Assembly (NCBI RefSeq): GCF_009914755.1
Contig: NC_060937.1
Source of the DNA: the human T2T-CHM13v2.0 reference genome, Homo sapiens
Length of the DNA stretch: 64,000 nucleotides
Strand: one strand, 5' to 3'
Position 1 is the first letter of the stretch. Each line of letters opens with the position of its first letter. A program made the translations under genes and the position numbers. The notes under the pieces were generated by a model. It worked only from the letters and a program-made list of their open reading frames with translations. It had not been told where the DNA came from and did not search any database. This document shows, piece after piece, positions 13,001 to 26,927 of the stretch.

Positions 13001-16000
13001 TTACAATTTTATTCTATATTACCTATAAGCAAGAAAGACATTGATTTCTTCAAAGCTATGTCTGAAATACAGCTAGGAATCCGATACTTTTGAACCATAA
13101 CACAGTATTGCCCACCATAGAAAATAATTTGCTGTGACAGGCATCTCTTTTGCACGTGGTCTACGGTATAGGTAATAGAAACAGTATTATAAAAGGTCCA
13201 TAGTTGAAAGGCAGATGAGTTCATTGGAGATGTTTACATTAACGGGGAGTCATTAAGTATCAACTCTTTGTCATTGTTTCCTCATGAAGGGCACACACAG
13301 TTAATTTATTTCATAACATCAACAGATGCTTTTCTCATGGAATAAACCAATATTCACCAATTTATTGGGTTAGTACCATTAGACACTAGTGTCAGCTTAA
13401 TAGTAAAGTAGAATGATGTTTCTTTTTTGCCCACATAATGATTTCTGCTAAATAATAGATAGGAGCCAGGATGAATGCCCAAATAAAATACCTCCACCTT
13501 GTCAGAGAACAAAAATCTAGTTATTCCTAAGCCTCACAAAAAATACGTTATTCCCATTCAGTCTCTACCTCAATTAGAACAGCAAATAGCAACCAATTAT
13601 GGTGCTTTTGTATGGGCTGGGACATGCTTATTAACATGTGACTCATCTCTCTTTATTTAATATAGTGGAGTGGTCAAATCTTAAAACCAAGGTCTAACCC
13701 TGGACAAAACCCCTCAGAGATCTAATATGTTTCTGCTGAAAAGAACATTGTGCACCCTTTCAATGAAATTGCCTTCCAGGCTGGATGAGTTATCTGAACA
13801 CCAACAACCAACATTTAGTGAAACCCTAAATAGCACAGAGCACAATATGTCTTTCCATAATGTAGTGAAGTCAAACTTAAAATGTAGTGCGCATGGAACT
13901 CACATCTGTAGAAACTCTTAGGTCCCACAAGACTGCATCTGCGTCTGTCTATGTCATCACTATTTTTCTCTAAGCTCTAGAATGTGTTAGATCAATTCTG
14001 GTGGACAGGTCATATTACAATAAAAATGTGGCCAATATTTTCAGTCAAATAAATGCACACTATTGTTTCAATAGCTTATAGTTTTAAAACTATATAAAAT
14101 CCATAGAAACAAACAACATAAAAAAGAAAAAACAATGAAAGTTATCACTGAGGGAGTTATTTTGCCAATTTTTAGTATACAACTTGTGAAGAAAAATGTA
14201 TAGTTTGGCTTTTCAATAAGAATTGTTTTAGTTATTTCTCTGGAAAAAAAGAAAAAAGTTGTTTTACATATTTTTGTGAATTTCTAAAATAAATTATTTT
14301 TCTTATTAATTCCAAAGTGATTAAGAAATGGGATTAGTTATTGGAGCTGCATTGAGGATACTGAGAGAAATACCCCATATCTGTTCAGAGCCCAGGGTTC
14401 TCACAGTGCCTGACAGGTACCTCCCATACACTGTCCCTCCCAGAAGTAGGAAGAAGAATAATTATCTTAAAAAAAAAAAAAAAGGAAAATAACTCAACTT
14501 GGATAGATGGTATATTGAGATTTCAGTCATGAGTCCTCTCACATGTGTGTATAATTTTTAAAGATGCACAATTTTGCTTCAAATTTTAATAGCTATAATA
14601 GCTATTAATTGTTGTTTCAATGTTACAGTTGATTTGTCATTTACCATATGATATATTGGCTTCCTTGGCATTTACGTAATTTGTTGCCATTTTTGTAACA
14701 TGGAGAGTGAAAACAAAGAGAGAATACATTTTGAAATAGTGTTTCATCTATTGTTTTAGGCCTGCATGTTTTAGATCATCTTTGAAACTCCTTACATATA
14801 AAAATTATTTTCACCATCTACCACCTACCATGTACCATTCACAAATATAGCTAACCAAAATTTGAAACATTTTGATCAATATAAATGTTGTTACTATTTA
14901 CAGTAGTTTATATAGTTTTTAACCCCCAGAGGAAATCAGGATAAAAATGCAAACTGCAGTGATGTTTATGACTTTCTTCTTTGACGCTGAAAGAAAATAT
15001 AAAACCAAAGTATTTTGTGTCATTTTATGAACATGTAGAAATAGCAAAGCTCTTTTTCTAATTATAATTATTAATGCTCTTGCTTTAAAACGTTCAAGTT
15101 TAAGTGGTGGCAACATTTACTAAAAATTAGGGTTTTATTTTTTCTCCCCTGAGATTCTCTCTTAAGTTAAAGACGACATTACCACTCACTTCATTAATGC
15201 AAATATGGCCATATTAGAATGCAGCCGTTGAACATCTGCCTCTGCGTCTGTGGATTTATCATGCTCTTTCAGCAAAGCAGCGTGTAAATAAGTACTTTTC
15301 TGCAATTTTAACTTGAGAAATTGACATATCTTCTTTGCTGACACTGAATTTTTTCAGCGGGGAAAAAAGACAAGTGATGTGCACAGTACATTTCATGAAC
15401 ATGAAGCCACTCGAGAAATAAATTAATAAAATGTACTGTGAAAATTGGTTTCACCTTAACAATAATTAATCAAGAAGTACAGATTAAAAACTCCCTACAT
15501 AGCTGTCACTACTTGAGGAAATGGGACAAATATTTTCATGGAATCACAGATTCTGAGAAAAGATAGAACTCTTAGAATTCATCTAGTCAAAATGTCCTTC
15601 AATGGTTAACTTAACTGTTGTCTATTGGACTTTCAGGTTTTTGTTATTTTTTCTTTTTCAATTTTAAACCACAATTTTTAACTTATCTTTGAAGTCTTCG
15701 CACATGTTGTACAATAGCTGACAATGGAAGGAGTACAATAAATATTTGCTGAAAGAGCAAATAAATGAATTCATTAATATACACTTTGATACCAAGAGCT
15801 CTACTCCTCAGCATATATTTAAGTTATGAATATTGAGTTGAATGGTTTTCCACATATTTCTTGCAAACCCTTTTGTTAGTAGTTTGTGTGTTTGATATTT
15901 GTTAAGTAGGTCGTATGGTTTTGGTTGTAGTTAGGAAATACGTGTTATGATGGGCCCATATGGGAACAACCCACTGTCCACACTGGACATGGAGGACGAG

Positions 16001-16211
16001 CCACTTCTGTCTCATACTGAGCACCTTGATGTAACTGCTGATCACCTCTGGAAGGAGAAGGACATCTCCTCTAACCCAGAAATGGAACTTGTCTGGAAAT
16101 CTCTGCTTAGATACAGACAAAATGAAGCTTCAGAGAAAACAGAAGGCTAGGGAAAGGAAGCGATTTATTAAATACAGTTTTATCTATTTTTATTGTTTTT
16201 TTTTAATCTAA

Positions 16212-16590
16212 AAAGCAACCACCTCTGAAACAATCCAGGTTGGTTGACATTGACAACCTGCTCCAATAGGATGCTCTTGTCATGCCCTTCAACTCAGCAG
16301 GCGCCTGCCAGCCCTGTTGTCGATGGTCTCAGGCTGATTTCTCCTTTGAGCTTTACGTGGTGCAGACTACATCTCTTTTTCAAGATTGCAAACCAGCCAT
16401 TATTGGTTGAAAATTTAATGTCTTGCTTTGTTTCTATCATTTCTTATTTCATTTTCTGAAGTCTCAGCAGAAGTCTTGTCTTTCTCTATACCATCTTGGT
16501 GCTCGAGGAGACATTTCTTGTCCTTTTCTTCCCACAGACAAAGAGGAGTGACCACAACCAGAAGTTTTCTCTATGCACTCCCCAAAGGCC
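16212..16590 (-). mobile_element. TcMar-Tigger (pogo family) transposase remnant
   Basis: Minus strand translates KFSTNNGWFAILKKRCSLHHVKLKGE...LLEQVVNVNQPGLF, matching Tigger/TIGD motifs FxASxGWFxxFKxR..LxGE and EQVFNxDETGLF. Contains stops and frameshifts. Confidence 0.8.
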
Positions 16591-16754
16591 AACTCATCTG
16601 GTTAATGGAAAAGGTGAGCTCTATGTATGGTCATGTCATTCTGCTTACTCCTAGTTCAAGCCCTGAACTAGGAATTTATAAATTATAATAATAGTAATGA
16701 CAATAATCAATGGTAGATATAAAAGCAGGCAGTTGAAAAGTCTGATTTGTGGGA

Positions 16755-17118
<364 letters not shown>

Positions 17119-17499
17119 TGAGAGGATCTGAAGCCCTGATATTCCCTTCATATATTATTAGCATCAATTTTGTAGAAACACAAGTTTTGAATTTAATTCA
17201 GCTAGTATTCTGCTCTATTATCCAGTATCCAAAATTGAGCATGTAGATTCTATATACTTATGAATCAAAATATGTGAGAAAGATTTCTCAAGACCTCATG
17301 TTATTTAATAAACTTCTTTGTAATATCTAACTTTATGCTGATGTCACTGACCCAGCATATTCATCTTTGTCTCACATGCAGGAAGAATAGAAAAACAATT
17401 ACCATCTGTCACAGAATTGATTCTATCTGCACAGCTTTCCCAAGACAGCCCTGAGATGTGATCCTTCTAGGATCAATGAGCTTCATCATCATCCAATAG

Positions 17500-17770
17500 T
17501 CATTCCATGACTATAATCCACTTGGATGTCCTGTGGGCAAACTAAGCAGGTCCCTAACCAAATGCAGCATCTTACTCCATCCACCCACCCTGTCCTGCTT
17601 CTGGGCTTTATTTTCTTAGTGAAAAGCATCACAGCTTACCTAGTTCTAAGCCAGTCTTACCAGATGAGCTGTGACTCTGCTGTCTCCATACCCAGACAAC
17701 CATGAAGTTCTTTCCACAGTTCCTCAGAAAACACTTTTAAATATCTCTGATTTTTTCCACCCCTTTAATT
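17500..17770 (+). mobile_element. L2 fragment
   Basis: ccacttggatgtcctgtgggc...ttcttagtgaaaagcatcacagcttacctagt matches the L2 3' region. Confidence 0.6.
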
Positions 17771-20689
17771 CAGAAGTTGCAGACACTAGTGTCTGCAAGG
17801 CACATAAACAAAGTCAACATATGTACAGAAACAAAGGGAGCCTGTGTGTGTTGTGTCTTCCTTTCTAAAATTAAGGAGTGGTTACCATGTGGCCACAGTA
17901 GTGGAGTGCATGCCTCACCTAAAGGCATTCAGATCACACAGAACCCCTGCCCCCACAGCACACATACACACACGCACATTATCCAAAAACAAGCCAAGAA
18001 AACGCAATGACAAATGTTTCGTAGTTTTCAAGCCTTATTTAGCTTTCTTTCTTAATTCAAGTTTTCAGTATCCTCATTCGGATAACTGCGGTAGATTTTA
18101 GACACTGCTGACATCCCTTTCCACTCATTCTCACTGTCACCAGTGAAATCCTCTGGAAGTTAACTATGATCATAGCGGTTTTCTTGTTTGTTTGTTCTTT
18201 GTTTTGCCTGAAATTCACATGAAGCAAACACAGCCATCACTCTAGAAGAGGACTTTTGGGAAGGGGAAATAGGTGAATGTGTCCAAGGGGCTAGAGCAGA
18301 TAAGGTAATTTTGGTATGGTAGGAAACTGGGCTGAGCTTTAAGAGGGATGGTTTTGTTTTTCTACACCACGTAGAAAGTTAGAATCAGGAGTCAGGTGGA
18401 TTCCAGGAACATGGTGGAGTAGGCAGAAAACAAGGTCTCCCTTTCTCTTCTTGTGATGGGTTTTCTTCATTTCCTTCCTTTTTCATCCTCCCATCCTCTC
18501 TCCTTTCTCTTCTTTTCTCTTTTCTTTCCACAATGCTGCCAAAGCATCTGACTACTGCTGTTCTATTATCTTCTTTCCTTTATATTTATTTTTTTTCCTC
18601 TTCTTTTTCTTAGGCTCTCAGTATCTTTTTCACTATCCACTCCAATGTCTCTCTTTATATTCCATAAAATGTCACTGGAATCTGGATAGTATCAAAGTAA
18701 TTTATTTCTGTTATCTAGCTTCAACCTAACAAATAAAAAAATTGGATATTCCATAATTTCTGTTGTCCAAAAGATGATTTATAACTAGTTAAATGCAGTT
18801 TACTAGCTGTATTTGTTTCTCAAATTCTTTTCCTTTCCAGTTAGTGACCCTAAGTAGATAATGGCATTCTTGGACATAACCAATTACATTCTGTGCATCA
18901 ATATTCAATGTCATGGGAATTACACGAATGCTGGATGTTGAAATTAGCATTAGGGGGAAAATTAGCTGAAGTATCATACTTGCTTTATTAATACTATAAA
19001 TTATCTTGGCCAAGATACCAAGAAAGGATAATAGCCATTTCAACCTGGCAGATATATCCAACTGAACTCTAATGTGAAAGAAGTCACAGAAAAGCTTGAT
19101 TAAAAAAAGAAATATTGTTAAAGCATGACAAGTAAAGCTTTAAAGTATGTGCAAATGTAAAACTGTTATTTAACATTTTATTAATATAAACAGAAACACT
19201 CATAATCGTGGGATAAATGTATATATAATTTGAGGAGAATGCATAATTCCAATGAAACATACACATACATATGAGAATTATATATGTGTGTCTATGTGTA
19301 TATATATCCCCAAAAAGTGTTAGATATTGTTTGTGCAGAAAAACATGCATAGTGTCATAGATTGTTATAATAATTGGAGACATTAATAATCATCTCAAGT
19401 TTAATATACTTTTTATGATAAAGAAACCAACCTGTTCAGAGAGATGAAGAATAAAAGATAAAGAATAAAATAATTTCCATTCTTAAAGGGGCACCTGTGT
19501 GTAACTAGATGAACTTGGTATAGCTTTGCCTTAGTGCTCCCAGGGAGAATGAAAGGCTCTTCCCCAGGATGAGCAACCCTCAAATGCTGCCAAGGCCCTT
19601 GGTCTGCCTGCAATGGATGTTGATGGCCAGTGATGGCCACTAGAGCTCAGTTTATTTGATTAAGCACATGCACTGCCTGGTAGCAAACAACAACAAAACA
19701 AATAAACATAAAACCTGGGGGAGGAGGAATAGGAAGCCCTGCCAATGTCTGAGTAAATAGTGAACATTTTTATGAGAATCGGCATGTAAAGGTGTTACTC
19801 AGAGACAGGACAGGTGCTAGGGATGGGCAATGAATTCACGCAATACTCCATGAGTGTGTACTTACAGGTGAGGGACATGTATGTCTTTGGGTGTGTTACT
19901 CTTAGGGAAGATTAGAAAGACTCTGAAGGATGATAGGTACCATACTGATAAAACAGAGCAGTTGTATTTCTATACCCTAAACTTGAGCAACGAAGAGAGG
20001 AATAAATTTCAAGAGGAAAATAACATTGTTCCACCTTGTTTTGCTAGAATTATAGATCCTGCAAGAAGATGAACAGTTCATGGAAGCATGAGGTGGGTTG
20101 CTCGGATGCTTTTATGCCTGGGTGCTCTTGGAAAGCTAAGGACAGACGGAAACACAACTCAGGACACATCAATAAGAGAAGCCTGCTGGCACAGAGGAGG
20201 GCAGGTGAAACCACCTTTGTAGAAGAGGCTCATTTGAAAATGCTCCTGAAAGATATGATATCAGAACACTATCTTATGTAGAGTGGATAAGACTTTGATG
20301 ATCTTGAAAATGCTTACTGAGGAATACATAGCATTTATCTTTCTTTCCTTGATTAAAGAACTTTCATATATACATATTTATCCTGTATGGATAGGTAGGA
20401 GAGGTGATGCCAGCCCACAGAGATGACCAGTCCCTATTCCAGAAGTTCTGAGTTGTTGCTTAAGTGAAGAAGTATGCTGGTCTGCTTTCAAACTTCTGTA
20501 AACTTCAGCTTAGTGGTAGAACAGTTAGAAAATCCAAATATTTAGTTTCAATGCCTGAGTAGTCCATTTACTGATTTTCACCAACTCTGTTACCATCACC
20601 TTGGTCTAACGTTATCACCGTCTCCCCCAGATACCATTGCAGCAATGCTTGTTGTGTGATTGTCCACAGTTGAAATAGTAACTTTAGAA

Positions 20690-20850
20690 TAACCGGCAGA
20701 AGTGAGGGAGGGTGACCCTTACAAACTGTTGATTCTCGGGCCTCCCATTAGACCCACTGAACTAAAATATCTAGATGGTGATCCAAGGAATCTGTACTTT
20801 TCTTGGCTTTCCAGGTGATTCGCGTGAGCCCTAATATTTGCAAAACATGG
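20690..20850. mobile_element. MER5A-like hAT-Charlie MITE
   Basis: gattctcgggcctccc...agacccactgaac...aggaatctgtactttt...ccaggtgattc. Confidence 0.7.
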
Positions 20851-21149
20851 TAACCTTGAATTTTCCTGGTTTATTTTTAAAATCAACATGAAAAAGGATT
20901 ATATTTCTCTCCACTTATACAATCTGGTTAACAGATTCAGATGAGATGCTAATTTCAGGAGAACACTGGCACTTACGACCGCGAAGATGCCTGCACCTAG
21001 AACATGGAAGCACTGATGGCACCAGGAGGAAAATAATATTCTCATAAATGCCAGCCTGTGATAAAATACCAATAAGGAATCTCTATGCATTTTATGTAAG
21101 ATTACCTTATCATTCAGAAAAATCAATCATACTAAAACCAGAATTGTAA

Positions 21150-21308
21150 ACCCCATAATTAACTTGAAGGATTCAAGAGAAATCATGTAATCTGACAGAT
21201 GAGGGGGCAGACTAGGAGAGATTAGGAAGTTTTAACACAGGTATTGGTTGTCAGATCCAGGACCCAGGTGTTCTGAATAAAGCCCAGAGATTTACTCATT
21301 GTATCATC
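21150..21308 (-). mobile_element. MIR fragment
   Basis: gacagatgaggggg...ccaggacccaggtgttctga. Confidence 0.5.
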
Positions 21309-22607
21309 AGTCTCTTTTACGTCCTTCTTTTTCTTCTCCATCTTTCTTATGCCAGAAACACATTCTCACTTCAACTATCCTTTATCCCTGCCCTGATGAT
21401 GAATGACATTTTCCTTTCATTACCAGTTTTTCCTTATTGTTTACAATTTACATTCCAAACCTTAGCTTTCTACGGAAGATTTTCTTAGTCTTTCAAAGTC
21501 ACAGGCTTGGAAAACAAACAAGCAAACAAAAAACTTGACTGCTTCTCTCAGCACTAGAAATAGTGATAAGTGGTTAAAGTACATTTTTGTTCATAAACAT
21601 CATTTTAAACTGTCTAATTTTTTGGCAGAATTATTACTCTGACAGTTTCTATTCTGCGTCCTTGTAGCCCACACTGTACCTTCAATCAAATGGCTTGTAT
21701 CCGACATTAAATCTCTTGTAGCACAATATCAAGTACCATATTGCAATCATTAGGACCACAAAAGAAATAACTATCATCATATTGAAGAAAAGATCCCCCA
21801 GAGAACAGGTGCCTTTAGCATTGGAAATGGGAACTTACATCTCAGTCAAGTACCTTTTATCTGTCTCCAGAAGGTGGAATTATCTGACACATTAAGTATC
21901 TTATTTGGATAGCAAAGGAGTATGAAAGTTACTTCCTGAAATAAAAATAGAGGAAGATACACCTCAAGTCAAATCACCGTTGTGATATTCGTTTACCAGA
22001 ATTCAAATTAGATGACCTGAGTATTTTATTGACTACTTCTAAACCTATGGATCTTCAAAAAAATCAATTTCATATTAGACTCTAGTTTACACTGCACAAA
22101 AATTAAATTAACTTTTTAAAAAATTAGGATAAACTTAGAATGGATGACTTCATTTGTCTGATTTAAATCTCCATTAACTTCTTTCTTTAAATCTGAGCTT
22201 GACTGGAGCTGTCATTTTTTCAAAAATTTACTCATCTTAGTTCAAAACTTCTTAGTTGGGTTAACAACGTTTGTCATGGCTTTTAAAACTTAAAGCTTAA
22301 ATGTTAAATGTAATAAATATAAAAAAAATTAATACCCATAATATAATATCAAACTTTTTCTTGACAAATTTTCTATTATTTTAATTTTAACTCAAAAATC
22401 TTTAAAGGAAACAGATTATGTTTGAAATTATACTTCTCAATAATTGCACTGAAATACAGTTTATTTCCTAGGTAACAATTCCCTAAAAGTTTTTCATTAC
22501 ATCATAATGTGTTTATAACTTCTTGTTAGAAAAGGTGTCAGACCATATTATGAAAAAATGTCTGGCACATAAAAGCAGTGATAATAAAACAGTTAAAAAT
22601 GTAAGCT

Positions 22608-22825
22608 AATGAGTCATACTAACTATGCTCCAATCTTATCTTTTCTATCTACCACCTGAGTGACTTTGGGCAGATTCTTAAACTCTCTGTATATCAGTGT
22701 CCTTATTTTAATAATATTTGCTTATAAAAGGTTATTGGGATAATTAAATGAGCTAATACAGGTAAAGTGCTTAGAACAGTGCTAGACAGAGTGGATTGTA
22801 CAAATATCATCACTATTGTTATTGT
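22608..22825 (+). mobile_element. MIR
   Basis: gtgactttgggcagattcttaaactctctgt...attaaatgagctaatacaggtaaagtgcttagaacagtgc. Confidence 0.85.
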
Positions 22826-24131
22826 ATAGATATAGCTATTATTATTTTATAGGATAATAATTGCTATATTGTGCTCTATATTACTATTTTAGTAGGCTCT
22901 CAGTAACAAATTATGGAATAAATACTTGCAGATAATTATTTGTACTGAAATATTTGAAGTTCAAATTTTTTTACATTGAAATAAACAGAGCAGTTTAATT
23001 AGGAGGTACTGATATAGATTCATAATCGCTTTTGGTTTTTATCCAAGTCCTCTTTCCAAAGATGGCTAAGACATACAGTGGCCTGGCCTAGGCACAGGAG
23101 ATCCCTTAGGGTAGGGGCTGAGTGAACTGTGTCTCTTACCAGACTTTGGGTTCAGAACAAAGAGTCAAGGATGGGAAGAGGAGAACACCAACATCTGTAA
23201 GTCAGAGAATAAAGCCACCAAAGGGGAGGCCTGGAAGCCAAGCAACTGGAGAATCAGAAGGAAGAAGGGAGAGGAGAGAACAACGTACCCAGTAACAAGC
23301 CTTAAATTGTTCCCGGGACTCACCCTGGGCAAATGCTATTGCACGCAGTGACCCTCATGAGATCTGATTTCTGCATGCGGAAACCATATTTAAAATGCAG
23401 GGGACTGGACTTGGCAGTTAACACATTTCTTGTTTCTATTCCTACTGCTTAGCCTGCACCAAGCATAATCAATACTTTTATTTTAGGCTAAGACACATAC
23501 TCAAAATGATATACCCTACCTTTAAAAAAGAATGGCATACATTTACAACCACATGACAAAAAATAAATAAATAAAAAGCAACTCTCTCAGCAGCACAAAG
23601 ATAAAACAAATATTTCAATTTCCCTGTCATCAACATATGTATCAGAGTACAGCAATGTGATACAATTACTAACAGAAAGATAGAACTAGAAGCTACAGTA
23701 GACACTGCATCTAATGATGTTTAGGCCCCTAAAATATTACTTGGGAAGAAGATAAAGAAACAAAAATAACAGAGCAAGTTCCAAATCAAAAAGATTGAGC
23801 TGTATCTGAAAATAAAGCATCTCTAGAAAGTAATCCTTTTCGTATTTAATTTTTTCTAAAGGGAGCATAGGGAATTCTAGCTTGATCCTGCTGGCAACAT
23901 GCTGCATATTCGTCTTGTGCGAGAGAACACAATTTGCATAATGTGGGACCCAGTTCTCTGTGTGGGAACACCCTTCAGGGAACTCAGAATAAGAAGAGCC
24001 AGCACTTTTGAGCTCAGCATGAAGGGAATCCACAGCGCAGACTTCATTTCCCTGTGACAGGATTTCCCAAATTGACTGAAGAAAATAGATTACATTTTCT
24101 GGGAGGCCCCCTGGAGAATGTTTCTGTTTAA

Positions 24132-24132
<1 letters not shown>

Positions 24133-24182
<50 letters not shown>

Positions 24183-24192
24183 GCACACACAC
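24133..24192. repeat. (AC)24 GCGC (AC)4 microsatellite, (UG)n on the FGF14 pre-mRNA
   Basis: Direct reading. Confidence 0.97.
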
Positions 24193-24969
24193 AATATGTG
24201 TATATTTATCTATAGTTTTGTTGGTGGTGATATTTAACAATGACAGAGTTTCAACGAATTTACATGAGGATGACATGTAAGAGCATATTTTAATGCATTT
24301 AAGACTTTATCAATTTTTGCTCAAGGGATAATAGAAAAAAGCACCTTTAAGTCTTTACTGCTTAAACCTGTGGCAGAAATAAATTCTAACTACATTATAT
24401 GCATGAATACAGCATATCTGAGTGCAAATCGGTTGTAAATAGAAAATATTTCAGAAGAGGTCATATGGCTAGAAAAGTGCTCAGCTTCCAATAAATATTA
24501 CCACAAAACACAGAGGCTTGCAAGAAATACACATTTCAATATTATAAGTAGTTATTTTTTCAGTAAAATATCCACACAATTTGAATTCTTACTTTAGAAA
24601 ATACTCTCCTTTTACTTTTCTCTTTTTTTAGAATTCATATTGTTTCTTTTAAAAACATTATAAGAAACTCTCTAAGATAAGTGCATTTCTAACTAGAAAT
24701 ACAAAAGATTAGATTCACGTGTATACTAGGTTATTTTTTAAAATATGGCAAAAGCACTATTTAAGACATAGTATTACACTTCCTTTAGATAAACTCATAT
24801 TACTAAACACTGGTGAATAATAAACAGCTTCTAAGCATTCTCGCAAAGATCAAATACTAAGGCAAAAACTGGCAGAAACAACAGACATAGAACTTTCTTT
24901 TTGTTGTTGCTGCCATTGTTATTTTACATGCATTGAACGAATGGCCGAGATCTTTGGCGTCTTACTTAC

Positions 24970-25073
24970 TGATGGGTAGAGGTAACCTTCTCCATTCATG
25001 GCTATATACAACCCTGTTTTCACTCCCTGGATGGCAACAACACGTAGTCCCACTGGTATGAGGTTGAAGAGTG
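24970..25073 (-). CDS. FGF14: FGF14 coding exon 3 (104 nt, phase 1 to phase 0)
   Basis: Minus strand reads tcttcacag|CACTCTTCAAC...TACCCATCA|gtaagtaag and translates to (T)[34 protein letters not shown], in frame with exon 2. 104 nt is the typical FGF-family middle exon length. Confidence 0.98.
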
Positions 25074-26927
25074 CTGTGAAGATAAACATTGTCTATCATG
25101 AATGGGCAGGAAGAAGCAGGGCAGAGTGTAATTTTTTCTTTCTGATTTATTTTATTTAAGAAACATCATCTTTGCCAATACTTTCTAGAAATTCCAATTA
25201 AATAACTTATATTTTGCTTTATAAGTAAGAAGTTTCTGCTATGGGTAAAATGAGTACTTCAGCTTCAACCTTTAAATGTGAGCAGTCTTGCTGACAGCAT
25301 TCTGAAGGGCTGATGCGACAATAAACAGAACCAAGCCTGTAATCGTGCCTCTAGAAACACTGTCTCTGACACCATTAGATACCAAAAGAAATCAACTGTG
25401 AAGTCTCTCAAAGAGCAGAATTTTAAAAGTCCAAGTCGAGTGTTTATTCTGACCCTTCGCACAGAAGGTGTGATTTGTCATTGCAATGAGGTCAGGCCAG
25501 AAGTTAAACAGGTGATTCCAAAACTAAATGACGGTGGTAGAACCAATATGATACGCCAGCGAAGCCAGGAAAAGATGTGCACCTGCCAAGGAGCTAAATT
25601 TAGAAAGAACTAATCAAAACTGAATGGCATGCAAATGTCAGAGAGGCTACTCATTTATGTTTCCATGTTTTGTTTCTTCTCTGTTGATAAAATGTTAAAA
25701 GCATTTTATATATTTTTGCATAGTGCAGATAGCAACGTTATAACATTAAAAAAACTTAACATCCCTTTAATGTATTTCCATGGCAGTGCTGCATGTTGAA
25801 TGTTTAGTAGGTTTTCTTGCATCAGTCTTAGAGATAACTGCTTGATGATTTTGGAGATTTTATTATAGATACATTTGTAAGAGAACTATTAATTATTTAC
25901 AGTGAGGTTATCTGCTGCTACTCAAGTCCTTCTTAACTAAGTCTAATTCTAAGCAGGACAGAACAGGAAATGAAAGCACTAAAATAGTGATGTAAGTGTA
26001 AGTACAGTATCCAAACTCAGGCTCTCAACTGTATTGCACAAAACCAAGTCATTTGAAAAATGTGGGCAATTTGGACTTCATTCCAAGGGTCTAAGTAGTA
26101 CATAATTAAAAACAAACTTTACAAATTGTGTTATATTTAATTCTCAGGGACATGTTTCCTCCTAATAGGTTGAAGAAAATTACACCCTCTCTTCTGATTA
26201 TTACAAGCTACTGTTTTCAAGATCCCAAGATGTCTGTGCTACACAAATATAAAAGGAAAACCTCAGGCCAGAGCCATGAATATTATCCCTGGAAAAATAC
26301 TCAGGGGCATCTATGGTTAGTTGGATATTAGTTTCACTACGTAAACTAATATCAGATTTTCTGCTATAGGATTTTAGGGGATTATGTTATTCTTATGAAA
26401 GAATTAGTTTTTTTTCCTCATTTCCATTATTTAATATTAAATATAGATGTGGAGTTGTTGAGTACAGCTACCTGTGCCATTTGGCGACTCTCAGTATTCC
26501 TTCTTGGTGGGAGATGGCTATATTCACTCTTGTTTAGAACACCTGAACTGTACCATCTCCCCTTACATCTTGAAAGAATGGGCACCATAGAATAATTCCT
26601 GATTTATACACAAAATTTTGGAGGGAAAACCATAATCATATGACTGTCCACGCAAGGTACACTAACTTAATCAATTCAAATTTAATTATTCTAACTTTCC
26701 TCTTCTAACTTTCACACACTCAGAATGATATTTGTAGGTGCCACATATTTTATATAGGCCAGGTAGTATAATTTTAGAAAACAAATAGATCATGAATTCA
26801 CCAAAATGATGTGGTTATGGGAAACATAAAAATTATATAAGATAGTTTAAAATGATCATACTGAAAAAATACTAGTGTTTTTCCCTTGTGTTTTGGTTGG
26901 GACCTGAATTATAAAATACAAGGTATT

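Noticed and set aside
18440-18610. Polypyrimidine stretch (H-DNA candidate)
   Set aside because: No clear mirror symmetry; ordinary low-complexity sequence.
23737-24276. Longest ORF in the track (179 aa)
   Set aside because: It is held open by the (TG)n microsatellite (VCVCVC) and has no recognisable domain.
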